64,000 bases of DNA from Marispirochaeta sp. Its GTDB lineage: Bacteria; Spirochaetota; Spirochaetia; JC444; Marispirochaetaceae. Numbering within the stretch: the stretch's first letter is position 1; each line of letters starts with the position of its first letter. The stretch covers positions 992,001 through 1,056,000 of the forward strand of contig CAXXFF010000002.1 of the NCBI GenBank assembly GCA_963676835.2. The letters run 5' to 3'. Below, piece after piece: positions 1 to 7,932 of this stretch. The translations under genes were made by a program, and so were the position numbers. Below the pieces are notes generated by a model. That model saw nothing but the letters and a program-made list of their open reading frames with translations, searched no databases and had not been told where the DNA came from.

Positions 1-341
1 GCACCGATCTGAATACAATGGTTTTATACAGGCATCCGGCATTCTCTCTTCCTTTTGTTATGTCAAAATATATAAATATGGGAATGGATGTCCCGGCTGT
101 TTTCAAAGCCTGTACTGAAACACCAGCAGAATTGCTGGGGATGTCCGGTCAGATTGGAACACTTGCAGCCGGCTCAATCGCTGATGTTGCAGTCTTTAAG
201 CTGGAAGACTGTGCGGTGAAGTTTTATGATGATCTGGATAATTCATTTGAGGGGAATAAGGTTCTTGCTCCCCAGCTGACAATAAAGGATGGTACCATAT
301 TCTATCGGGATCTCCGTTTTTCAAATGAACTTAACCGTTGA
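1..341 (+). CDS. Amidohydrolase/dihydroorotase-like metallohydrolase, C-terminal part (5' end outside window)
   Basis: Frame is open upstream of ATG18 (TDLNTM). C-terminal amidohydrolase pattern T.TPAELLG...GTLAAGSIADVAVF...LTIKDG. Confidence 0.75.
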   Translation, partial: TDLNTMVLYRHPAFSLPFVMSKYINMGMDVPAVFKACTETPAELLGMSGQIGTLAAGSIADVAVFKLEDCAVKFYDDLDNSFEGNKVLAPQLTIKDGTIFYRDLRFSNELNR

Positions 342-372
342 TGGTTTGATACGGGTGTAACATTCCGTTAGA

Positions 373-2688
373 ATGCGGTCAGGCTCTGATAATGTGATAG
401 TGGACAGTTTCAAAATCAAGTACAAACCTCTCAGTGTATTCTACCGGACTTTGGTCATCCTGATACTGGTAATGATCATCCCTATGGTGATGGCTGTTTC
501 CATTATTTCCCGTTCTGTTATTTCCGCAATTGAGCAGCAATCCTATACATCAAATATTAATCTGCTGCAGAAAACCAGTAAGGTTGTTGATACAATCATG
601 CTGCATACCGACCAGGTCCTGCAGCAGGTGTGCAATGATCCGGATATCATCCATATGGTAGTAGCGCCTGAAGACAACGGCATGGAAATGTATGGAGATA
701 CAATCGCCGCATTGAGGAAAATACAGTTACTGAATGAGTATATTCATTCAGTCTATTTATATCGGGCCTATGATGATCTTATCATAAGTTCGGATGGCGA
801 GGTTTCTACCGGGGATGAATTTTTTGATATTGGATGGAGGATCCCTTTCCGGCAGATATTTGTAGGTACCAGGCAGATGAAAAGGCGAACCATTCAGGAA
901 CCTTCTGAGACTGCAAACTGCATTACGTTAATCCGGAATATTCCGTACAGCTCCTGGAGTAAAATCGGAGGTATTATAGTAAATCTTGATGCGGATAAAT
1001 TGTATGATCTGATTGCTTTAAGCCATGACGATCCAGGTGAAATCTTTGTTCTGGATCGCGATGGCGATTTCCTGCTTAAGCGAAAATCTATCAATGAAAG
1101 TTTTAACAGATATCTGGCCTTCAACTCACTGATGAAATTCAATACCGGTTACCAGGCGGTATATTCAGGCGATGAAGAAAAACTGATTGCATATATATCT
1201 TCAACTCTCAATTACTGGAGATATGTATATGTGGTTCCTCTGATTGAACTACAGAGAGCCGTAAAAAGCATCTCGCTGCTTATGTATGTTGTCATGATCG
1301 TCTACATCTTCTTCGCTCTGGGAGTTTCATTTCTTGTTTCGAATGGATTGTATCGGCCTGTAAAAAAGCTGTTGAATACCTTGCAGATTGGCGAACTTGG
1401 CACAATGCCAGGAACCGGTAATGAATTCGATCTGATTGATACTGCGTACAAGGATGTTATCAACAGGAATGTTGTAATGAAAGAGGATTTTAAAAAAATT
1501 GAACCCTTCATCAGAGAACACTTTTTTCTGGATCTGATTAAAAAGCAGATATTTGCACCCGGAGAAATTCAGCAGAAAATGGATATTCTCAATGTATCCT
1601 TTGAATACCGAAACTTCATAGCAGTTATTGCGGAGGTTGATGATTATAAAAGCTATATACAGAGCGTTGATGAACAGGATGTTAAGGTCCAGATGGCCTA
1701 CCTTATCGATCTTCTTAACGATCTGGTCGCAAGTTATTATTCAGGACTGTGTTTCGGACTAACTGAGAATAAGGTTGTTATTATTTTTAATCTTAATCAG
1801 CGTTCACTCTCGGCTATGATTCAGCAGGAAATGTATGATTTTGTCATGGAAACCAATAAGCGTATTTCTCATGAGTTTCCGTTTTCCCTTACTTTCGGAA
1901 TTGGAGAGATACATGTGGATGTTGAAAATATATGGCGGTCATTCCATGAGGCGGAGAAGGCGCTGAACCATAAGCTTTTTGTTGGAAGAAATCAGACAAT
2001 TTTTTTCAGTGATATTGCAGAAGAGATAAACGGTATCCGGTATCATTTCTATGAAAAAAATATTGCCCTTATGAATCTTTTGAGTACAGGCACAATTGAA
2101 GGGGTAAACAGTATTATTGATGAAATAATGGAAATGCCCAGCACCACTTTAATGTCATACACCGATTTTCTGCGGGAAATCGGTACGATGCTCCACCTGT
2201 TTACCGGCTTTCTTGTGAAAAGGGGAATTCCTGTTGATAAAGTATTTGACGGCAGAAAAAGTCCATTTGCGGAACTTGAAGGAATGGAAACAATAGATGA
2301 TATAAGAATATGGGTTAAAGGGATCTGTGCAAAAGCTGCTGAGGAAGTTTGTCGGGGGCGGGACACAAAAGTCGATAAATACTCCAGTATGATGGTCGAA
2401 TTTATCAAGGATAATTTTCATGATGACATCACCTTATATGATCTTTCTGTACATGTTGGATTGAGTACAGCGTATACAAGTAAAATATTTAAAGATACGG
2501 TGGGCAGTAATTTCACTGAATATGTAAGTACCCTGCGTATAGATGAAGCAAAACAACTTTTGTCGGAAAACAAACTTTCAATAAAAGAAATTGCATACAA
2601 GGTGGGGTTTAACAGTATTTATACATTCCTTAGAACCTTTAAGAAATTTGAGAATATTTCACCGGGACAATACAGATCCATCCTGTAG
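373..2688 (+). CDS. Membrane-anchored AraC-family regulator with Cache-like extracellular domain
   Basis: Two TM segments flank a periplasmic region. C-terminal AraC HTH (LSTAYTSKIFK...RIDEAKQLL...IAYKVGFNSIYTFLRTFKK...SPGQYR). Confidence 0.85.
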   Translation: MRSGSDNVIVDSFKIKYKPLSVFYRTLVILILVMIIPMVMAVSIISRSVISAIEQQSYTSNINLLQKTSKVVDTIMLHTDQVLQQVCNDPDIIHMVVAPEDNGMEMYGDTIAALRKIQLLNEYIHSVYLYRAYDDLIISSDGEVSTGDEFFDIGWRIPFRQIFVGTRQMKRRTIQEPSETANCITLIRNIPYSSWSKIGGIIVNLDADKLYDLIALSHDDPGEIFVLDRDGDFLLKRKSINESFNRYLAFNSLMKFNTGYQAVYSGDEEKLIAYISSTLNYWRYVYVVPLIELQRAVKSISLLMYVVMIVYIFFALGVSFLVSNGLYRPVKKLLNTLQIGELGTMPGTGNEFDLIDTAYKDVINRNVVMKEDFKKIEPFIREHFFLDLIKKQIFAPGEIQQKMDILNVSFEYRNFIAVIAEVDDYKSYIQSVDEQDVKVQMAYLIDLLNDLVASYYSGLCFGLTENKVVIIFNLNQRSLSAMIQQEMYDFVMETNKRISHEFPFSLTFGIGEIHVDVENIWRSFHEAEKALNHKLFVGRNQTIFFSDIAEEINGIRYHFYEKNIALMNLLSTGTIEGVNSIIDEIMEMPSTTLMSYTDFLREIGTMLHLFTGFLVKRGIPVDKVFDGRKSPFAELEGMETIDDIRIWVKGICAKAAEEVCRGRDTKVDKYSSMMVEFIKDNFHDDITLYDLSVHVGLSTAYTSKIFKDTVGSNFTEYVSTLRIDEAKQLLSENKLSIKEIAYKVGFNSIYTFLRTFKKFENISPGQYRSIL

Positions 2689-2694
2689 GGAAGA

Positions 2695-3630
2695 ATGAAG
2701 AAAAAAAGCGTTGTATACATTTTTGTGCTGCTCGGAGTTCTCCTTATTATTCCTCTTTTTAATCGGTATTTTGAACTGCGCAGGAAGGTCCCGGAAGTTG
2801 TTTCAATCCCTGTGATACGGCACAACGATTCCCCGTCTGTTGATATAAGAGTTCTAAAAATTGCTCACCAGTTCTCAGAGTATTCCCCGAAGCATCTGGC
2901 GATCATAGAACAGTTTATTCCTCTGGTACAGGAAGGCAGCAGAGGGAAAATTGTCGTGGAAGTATATCCGGCAAATCAGCTGGGAGATGAGGAGATAATT
3001 GTTCAGGGGCTTTCTTGTGGGACTATTGAGATGGCTGTTTCCGGGCAGTCGCTGCTTGAAGAGGAATTGTCGGATATAAAGATGAGCGATGAACTGCTTG
3101 CAAGAGTTTCTTTTTTTACCAGAGATGCCGGCTACAGGTGTCTCTATTGGAGTTTCAACGGGTTTAAGCAGTTATTTCTATTTGACAGCCCATTAGGTGA
3201 AAGTGAACAGACTTTCCGCCGGCTCGATCCGCATGATGCCAGGGTGCGTCACTATACAGATCTTCTGTTTAGCTCTGCCGATCTGAATTTCTCCTTTGAA
3301 AGCGACCCGGCAGAAGGAGCCGTCGGGAAGGGGGCGCTATTTCTTTATGAAGGAACGCTTCAGGAAAGTATGTATGCTTCTTTCTGGGATAGTCTTAAAG
3401 CTGTAATTCTCAGTAATCATCAGACAGACATCCAGATGTATATGGTGAGTGAGCGGTTCTGGAATACATTATCCAATCCCGAAAAAGAGTTGCTGAATAG
3501 CGCAGTACGTCATACCGAGCTGTACGAGACTGAACTTCTTCAGAGGTATGAGAGTGATATACTCAAGGATTGGGAGGAAAACCAGGTCTTTATTTTGCCA
3601 GTTATGCCTGAATCACCGGATCCTGAATAG
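2695..3630 (+). CDS. TRAP DctP-like solute-binding protein (divergent)
   Basis: N-terminal TM. LKIAHQ...SRGKIVVEVYPANQLGDE and SERFWNTLS..EK motifs typical of DctP. No dctQM nearby. Confidence 0.65.
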   Translation: MKKKSVVYIFVLLGVLLIIPLFNRYFELRRKVPEVVSIPVIRHNDSPSVDIRVLKIAHQFSEYSPKHLAIIEQFIPLVQEGSRGKIVVEVYPANQLGDEEIIVQGLSCGTIEMAVSGQSLLEEELSDIKMSDELLARVSFFTRDAGYRCLYWSFNGFKQLFLFDSPLGESEQTFRRLDPHDARVRHYTDLLFSSADLNFSFESDPAEGAVGKGALFLYEGTLQESMYASFWDSLKAVILSNHQTDIQMYMVSERFWNTLSNPEKELLNSAVRHTELYETELLQRYESDILKDWEENQVFILPVMPESPDPE

Positions 3631-3719
3631 GTGACAAATCAAAGGGTATTATCCATCCCTTTTGCAATTTCACATCTTCTCCGCTACACTTCATCATATT
3701 CACAATGCAGGAGGAATTT

Positions 3720-3968
3720 ATGGAATACCAGTTGGTGGCAATTAAAATTGACCAGAGAGAAGATGCAGCAACGGCGGTGCAGAAAGAACTGACCGCATTC
3801 GGCTGTAATATTAAAGTGCGCCTGGGGCTGCATGATCTGCCCGAGGGTGCCTGTGATCCCGCGGGACTGATTGTCCTTCAGGTTGTGGCAATAGAAAGCG
3901 AGCTCTCCGGATTTCTTTCCGGCCTCAACGGAATTGAAGGCGTTTCTGCAAAGTCACTGACAATCTGA
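3720..3968 (+). CDS. Small ACT/NikR-C-like protein (resembles TM1266-type putative regulator)
   Basis: AGGAGG RBS before ATG3720. VQKELTAFGCNIKVRLGLH...C...GLIVL pattern. Confidence 0.55.
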   Translation: MEYQLVAIKIDQREDAATAVQKELTAFGCNIKVRLGLHDLPEGACDPAGLIVLQVVAIESELSGFLSGLNGIEGVSAKSLTI

Positions 3969-4019
3969 TTGACAGCTGCCTCTCTAGACTGTATTTTATG
4001 TGTACACATATAACACATA
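3969..4019 (+). promoter_or_regulatory. Sigma70 promoter and palindromic operator of the TA pair
   Basis: TTGACA(3969)-17bp-TATTTT(3992). Perfect palindrome TATGTGTACACATA at 3997-4010, plus an extra half-site ACACATA at 4013-4019. Confidence 0.6.
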
Positions 4020-4042
4020 AAATACTGAGTCAGGGAGGCGGC

Positions 4043-4282
4043 ATGAATATTACCTTATCCGCAGACAGTGAATTAATCCGCAAAGCCCGGGAATATGCCC
4101 GGCGGCATAATTCCTCCCTGAATAAAATGATACGCGGGTATCTTGAAAAGATAACCAGTGAGATGGATTTTCAGACAGCCGCAGAAGAATTCAGATCTAT
4201 CTGCTCAGAACATGCCGGGGAGTCAGCTCCCGGGTACTACTTCAAGCGTGAAGATGAATACTCCCGTCATGGAAAGGTGTGA
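4043..4282 (+). CDS. DUF6364-like ribbon-helix-helix antitoxin
   Basis: GGGAGG RBS before ATG4043. MNITLSADSELIRKAREYARRHNSSLNKMIRGYL looks RHH-like. Overlaps the PIN gene. Confidence 0.75.
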   Translation: MNITLSADSELIRKAREYARRHNSSLNKMIRGYLEKITSEMDFQTAAEEFRSICSEHAGESAPGYYFKREDEYSRHGKV

Positions 4283-4701
4283 TGGGGAAGGTTTTTATCG
4301 ATACCAATATTCTTACCTATGCCAATGACCGTCGAGATCCGGTAAAACAGCAGGCTGCCATGCAGCTTGTCTCAGACCTGATTGAATCGGGAGATGGGGT
4401 AGTCTCAACCCAGGTTCTGCAGGAATATGCAAATGTTGCGGTTTCAAAGCTCGGACAGTCCGAGGATGTTGTTCTTCGACAGATATACCTTCTGGAAAAG
4501 CTTGAAGTAGTGCTGCAGTCTCCGGCAATGATCAGGCGGGCGGTGGAAATTCGCAAAACCTACAACATCAACTTCTGGGATGCATGTATAGTAAGTAATG
4601 CTGAGTTTGCGGAATGCAGTACTATTATTTCAGAAGATCTCAACACCGGTCAGTTCTATTCCGGTATCCGGGTTGTAAATCCATTTTCCGAATCCATATA
4701 A
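4279..4701 (+). CDS. PIN-domain (VapC-like) toxin
   Basis: VFIDTNIL, STQVLQEY, FWDACI, ISEDL, NPF acidic PIN motifs. Confidence 0.9.
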   Translation: MMGKVFIDTNILTYANDRRDPVKQQAAMQLVSDLIESGDGVVSTQVLQEYANVAVSKLGQSEDVVLRQIYLLEKLEVVLQSPAMIRRAVEIRKTYNINFWDACIVSNAEFAECSTIISEDLNTGQFYSGIRVVNPFSESI

Positions 4702-4713
4702 AACAGGGAAAAC

Positions 4714-5598
4714 ATGCCTACATCAGTTAAAACACACTACATCGGGCTTCTTGCCGGAGTTCTCTGTATCAGCTTCTCTGCGGTCTTTGTAAAGCTTGCG
4801 GGGGTTGAGCCTACCTTAAGCGCTTTCTACCGCTGCTTCTATTCGTCTATAGTTTTGTTTACCATTGGAATTATCCGTGGAGAGCACAGGAAAGCCCGCC
4901 GGGTTTGGGTGATTCCTGCTTTGCTTGGCGGTTTGAGTCTGGCGACGGATATGATTATCTGGCACAAGACTATCATCTATATCGGTGCGGGCCCTGCAAC
5001 TATCCTGGCAAACAGTCAGGTGGTGTTTATGGGGCTCATCGGTTTTCTGGTCTTAAAAGAGCGGATCTCTATCTGGTTTCCTCTTTTTATTCCCTTTATT
5101 TTCTACGGAATGTATCTGACTATTCCCGACAGCCAGATTATGGTCTCCCCCGGGCTGGGTTTCTTTCTCGGAATTCTTGTGGGGATTTCCTATACCGGCT
5201 TTCTTTTTGCCCTCCGCTATGCAAAGGAGAAGTCAGACGGGGATTATCCGGAGATTTTTTCCCTGGCGGTCTTTGTGGCTGCCACCGGTTTCTTTGTGGG
5301 GCTCTGGGGCGGCGCTGTTGAACACCTCGATTTTATTGTCACATCCTGGACGAGTCAGCTCTACCTGGTACTTATTGCCCTGGTTGCCCAGAGCCTCGGC
5401 TGGATTCTGATAAAGGCAAACATAACCCGGATTCCATCCCACCAGGGCAGCCTTATGCTGCTGGTTCAGCCCATGCTGACCATGTTCTGGGGCTTTCTTA
5501 TTCTGAGTGAACCACTGACGCCTGTACAGATTACCGGAATGGTCATGGCCCTCGGGCTTATTGCGCTGTATCAGCTGAAGCTTGCACCGGGAGAGTAG
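4714..5598 (+). CDS. DMT/EamA family transporter
   Basis: About 10 TM segments in two repeats. AFYR, GFLVLKERIS and GFLILSEPLT motifs. Confidence 0.88.
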   Translation: MPTSVKTHYIGLLAGVLCISFSAVFVKLAGVEPTLSAFYRCFYSSIVLFTIGIIRGEHRKARRVWVIPALLGGLSLATDMIIWHKTIIYIGAGPATILANSQVVFMGLIGFLVLKERISIWFPLFIPFIFYGMYLTIPDSQIMVSPGLGFFLGILVGISYTGFLFALRYAKEKSDGDYPEIFSLAVFVAATGFFVGLWGGAVEHLDFIVTSWTSQLYLVLIALVAQSLGWILIKANITRIPSHQGSLMLLVQPMLTMFWGFLILSEPLTPVQITGMVMALGLIALYQLKLAPGE

Positions 5599-5645
5599 GA
5601 AATTTTACCATTCCTAATTGAACAGCAAAAGGGTATACTGTTTTT

Positions 5646-5881
5646 ATGCCTACTGTATTGCAGATAGATGGATACAGGTTCTTTTTTATTCCAGTGACAG
5701 ACCGGAGCCTATTCATATTCATGTAGAAAAAGGAAATGGATCGGCGAAAATCTGGATCTCTCCTGTTCGTCTCCAGTACAGCCATGGCTTCAACAGCAGA
5801 GAATTAAATCAAATTCTTTCGATAGTGCAAGATCATCAGAATGTTATAATGGAGGCCTGGAATGAGTTTTTTGGTGACTGA
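5646..5881 (+). pseudogene. DUF4160 (HicA-like toxin) gene frameshifted at a T-run
   Basis: ATG5646 gives MPTVLQIDGYRFFF, then stops early. YSSDRPEPIHIHVEKG...EAWNEFFG continues in another frame. The switch is at the T6 run 5682-5687. Confidence 0.7.
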
Positions 5882-6179
5882 AATTGAAATTTCTAATGCT
5901 GTAAACGTCGCAATTGATGATGAAAGGCTTTCAGTTTCTCTGGATGATGGCAGAACCATTTCTGTTCCTGTCAGCTGGTATCCCCGGCTATTGCATGGGA
6001 CCAATGAAGAGCGTAACAACTTCAGGTTTATCGGCAACGGAAGCGGAATTAACTGGCCGGACCTTGATGAAGATATAAGTGTGCAGGGATTGCTGGCGGG
6101 TCGGCATTCAGTTGAAAGCCAGAAGTCTCTGAATAAATGGCTGGAAAAACGAACAACCCGGGAAGTTTCCGGTGATTAA
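5862..6179 (+). CDS. DUF2442 domain protein (putative antitoxin)
   Basis: LSVSLDDGRTISVPVSWYPRL...GINWPDLDEDISVQGLL. Overlaps the DUF4160 3' end. Confidence 0.88.
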   Translation: MSFLVTEIEISNAVNVAIDDERLSVSLDDGRTISVPVSWYPRLLHGTNEERNNFRFIGNGSGINWPDLDEDISVQGLLAGRHSVESQKSLNKWLEKRTTREVSGD

Positions 6180-6228
6180 GTATTGTTGCCGATTATAAAC
6201 TTCGTAGTTTTTAGTATACATTTTACCA

Positions 6229-6804
6229 ATGAGCGCAAACGTATTCAAATCACTTAAACTCTTCCGCTACAACAAGCAGGCGAAAAAAGCCTATATCGAT
6301 ATCAGTCTGGATACCTACCGTGAGATTTACAACGAATGGGATTTCAGTCCCCAGATTAAGAAAGATCTCGATGGAGATTTGCTGGAGTTCCTGAAGGGGA
6401 GTGCCGAGGAGATCCCGGATAACTACAAGATAGAAATTGTCTGTCATCTGCCTGAGAATATCCGCAACCCGGAGCGGGAGCAGATCAGTACCGAAAGCTT
6501 CAGGAATATATTCCGCTATAATATCCGCCGCCTCGATTTTAAACTGAAGCGCAAAAACAAAGAGATGGCCTTCTATGCTGTTGCCGGTTTGATTCTTATT
6601 ACCCTGGGAAATCTCGTCTCCAAAAGTGCGATTCTTCCGGCGGAAATTATCGGCGAAGGCTTCTATATCGGCGGCTGGGTGCTCTTCTGGGAGTTGTTCT
6701 CCAGTATATTTTTTAATCATAACGAGTTCAGAAATGAACGGCAGGATTTAAAGCGGCTCTATTCTGCGGATATTTCATATCATTATATCCAGGGGAAAGA
6801 ATAA
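6229..6804 (+). CDS. Conserved hypothetical membrane protein
   Basis: 191 aa with two C-terminal TM helices (EGFYIGGWVLFWE). Confidence 0.65.
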   Translation: MSANVFKSLKLFRYNKQAKKAYIDISLDTYREIYNEWDFSPQIKKDLDGDLLEFLKGSAEEIPDNYKIEIVCHLPENIRNPEREQISTESFRNIFRYNIRRLDFKLKRKNKEMAFYAVAGLILITLGNLVSKSAILPAEIIGEGFYIGGWVLFWELFSSIFFNHNEFRNERQDLKRLYSADISYHYIQGKE

Positions 6805-6821
6805 TCACTGTTCCTGCCCGA

Positions 6822-6868
6822 GGGAGAGAGATATCAAAATTGACATCTCTCTCCCCGGGGAGTAGAAT
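6822..6868 (+). promoter_or_regulatory. 16-bp inverted repeat overlapping a sigma70 promoter
   Basis: GGGAGAGAGATATCAA(6822-6837)/TTGACATCTCTCTCCC(6840-6855), one mismatch. TTGACA(6840)-17bp-TAGAAT(6863), 8 nt before ATG6877. Confidence 0.6.
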
Positions 6869-6876
6869 CCAGTTAA

Positions 6877-7932
6877 ATGTCTGGAGTCAGAAACCTAATA
6901 CGCCTGCTGATGATACTCGTTTTTTCATCCGGTCTGGCCCTTGCCGCTGAAACCTATACCCTGGTTGTGGTTCACAGCTACGAAGAGGATCATGTCTGCG
7001 GGTCTCCCCAGCATGAGGGGATCGTCTCTGCCTTGAGGGATGCAGGTATTTCTGAATACCGGGAGAATCTTAAGGTAGTCTCCTGTTTTATGGATACCAA
7101 ACGTCGCAATAACACGCCGGAGCTGATTGCCCGGGAAGCGGCGGCAGCCCTCAGGCTCATAGAAGAGTCAGACCCGGATATTGTTGTAACCATAGATGAC
7201 AATGCCTTCAGGCATGTGGGCATACAGCTTCTTGGAACCGGGATTCCTGTACTTTTTTCCGGCGTTAACGGACAGATTGAAGACTATATCAGCCAATACG
7301 GCATAGCATATTCACGGGATGTTCCGGGCAAGAATATAAGCGGAGTATACGAGAAGCTCCACCTTGAAGATGCCGTGCGTGTCCATTCGGTTATCTTTCC
7401 CGATTTTCGCAAAATCAGATTCTTCGTCGATACCTCACCCACCGGCCTGGCCATTCAGAAACAGATTGAACATGAGCAGGAAGGTTTCGGGGCATACTGT
7501 CAGTGGGATATGAAGATTGCCCATTCCTGGGAAGAGTACCGGCAGTTGATTGAAGAGACCAACCGGGACCCCTCCATCGACGCAATATATCCTGCAGTAA
7601 CTCTTCTGAAGGACAGTGGCGGTACCACCTATACTGCAGAAGAGCTTATTCCCTGGACGGCACAGCATGCGGCAAAGCCGTCCCTGGCAATAAACTTCAG
7701 CTATGTACGGTTTGGAATTTTCGGCGGCGCGGCGGTTGATTTTGTTGCCATGGGGTATCAGGTGGGCGCCATGGCTGTGGATGTTCTCCGGGGGAACCCG
7801 GTGGGAACCCTGCCCATTCGTGATGCCGATAAATACGCTCTTGCTTTTAACCTTAAACGTGCCAAAGCTCTGGGCATTGAGGTCCCCGTAGATATTATTA
7901 TGGAGGCTGACGAGCTGGTGCTTGATGAATAA
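6877..7932 (+). CDS. ABC-type substrate-binding protein (ABC_sub_bind-like), probable sensor partner
   Basis: Signal peptide. VVVHSY, MDTKR, DDNAF, IPVLFSGVN, NISGVYE and C-terminal FNLKRAKALGIEVP. Overlaps the kinase gene. Confidence 0.8.
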   Translation: MSGVRNLIRLLMILVFSSGLALAAETYTLVVVHSYEEDHVCGSPQHEGIVSALRDAGISEYRENLKVVSCFMDTKRRNNTPELIAREAAAALRLIEESDPDIVVTIDDNAFRHVGIQLLGTGIPVLFSGVNGQIEDYISQYGIAYSRDVPGKNISGVYEKLHLEDAVRVHSVIFPDFRKIRFFVDTSPTGLAIQKQIEHEQEGFGAYCQWDMKIAHSWEEYRQLIEETNRDPSIDAIYPAVTLLKDSGGTTYTAEELIPWTAQHAAKPSLAINFSYVRFGIFGGAAVDFVAMGYQVGAMAVDVLRGNPVGTLPIRDADKYALAFNLKRAKALGIEVPVDIIMEADELVLDE

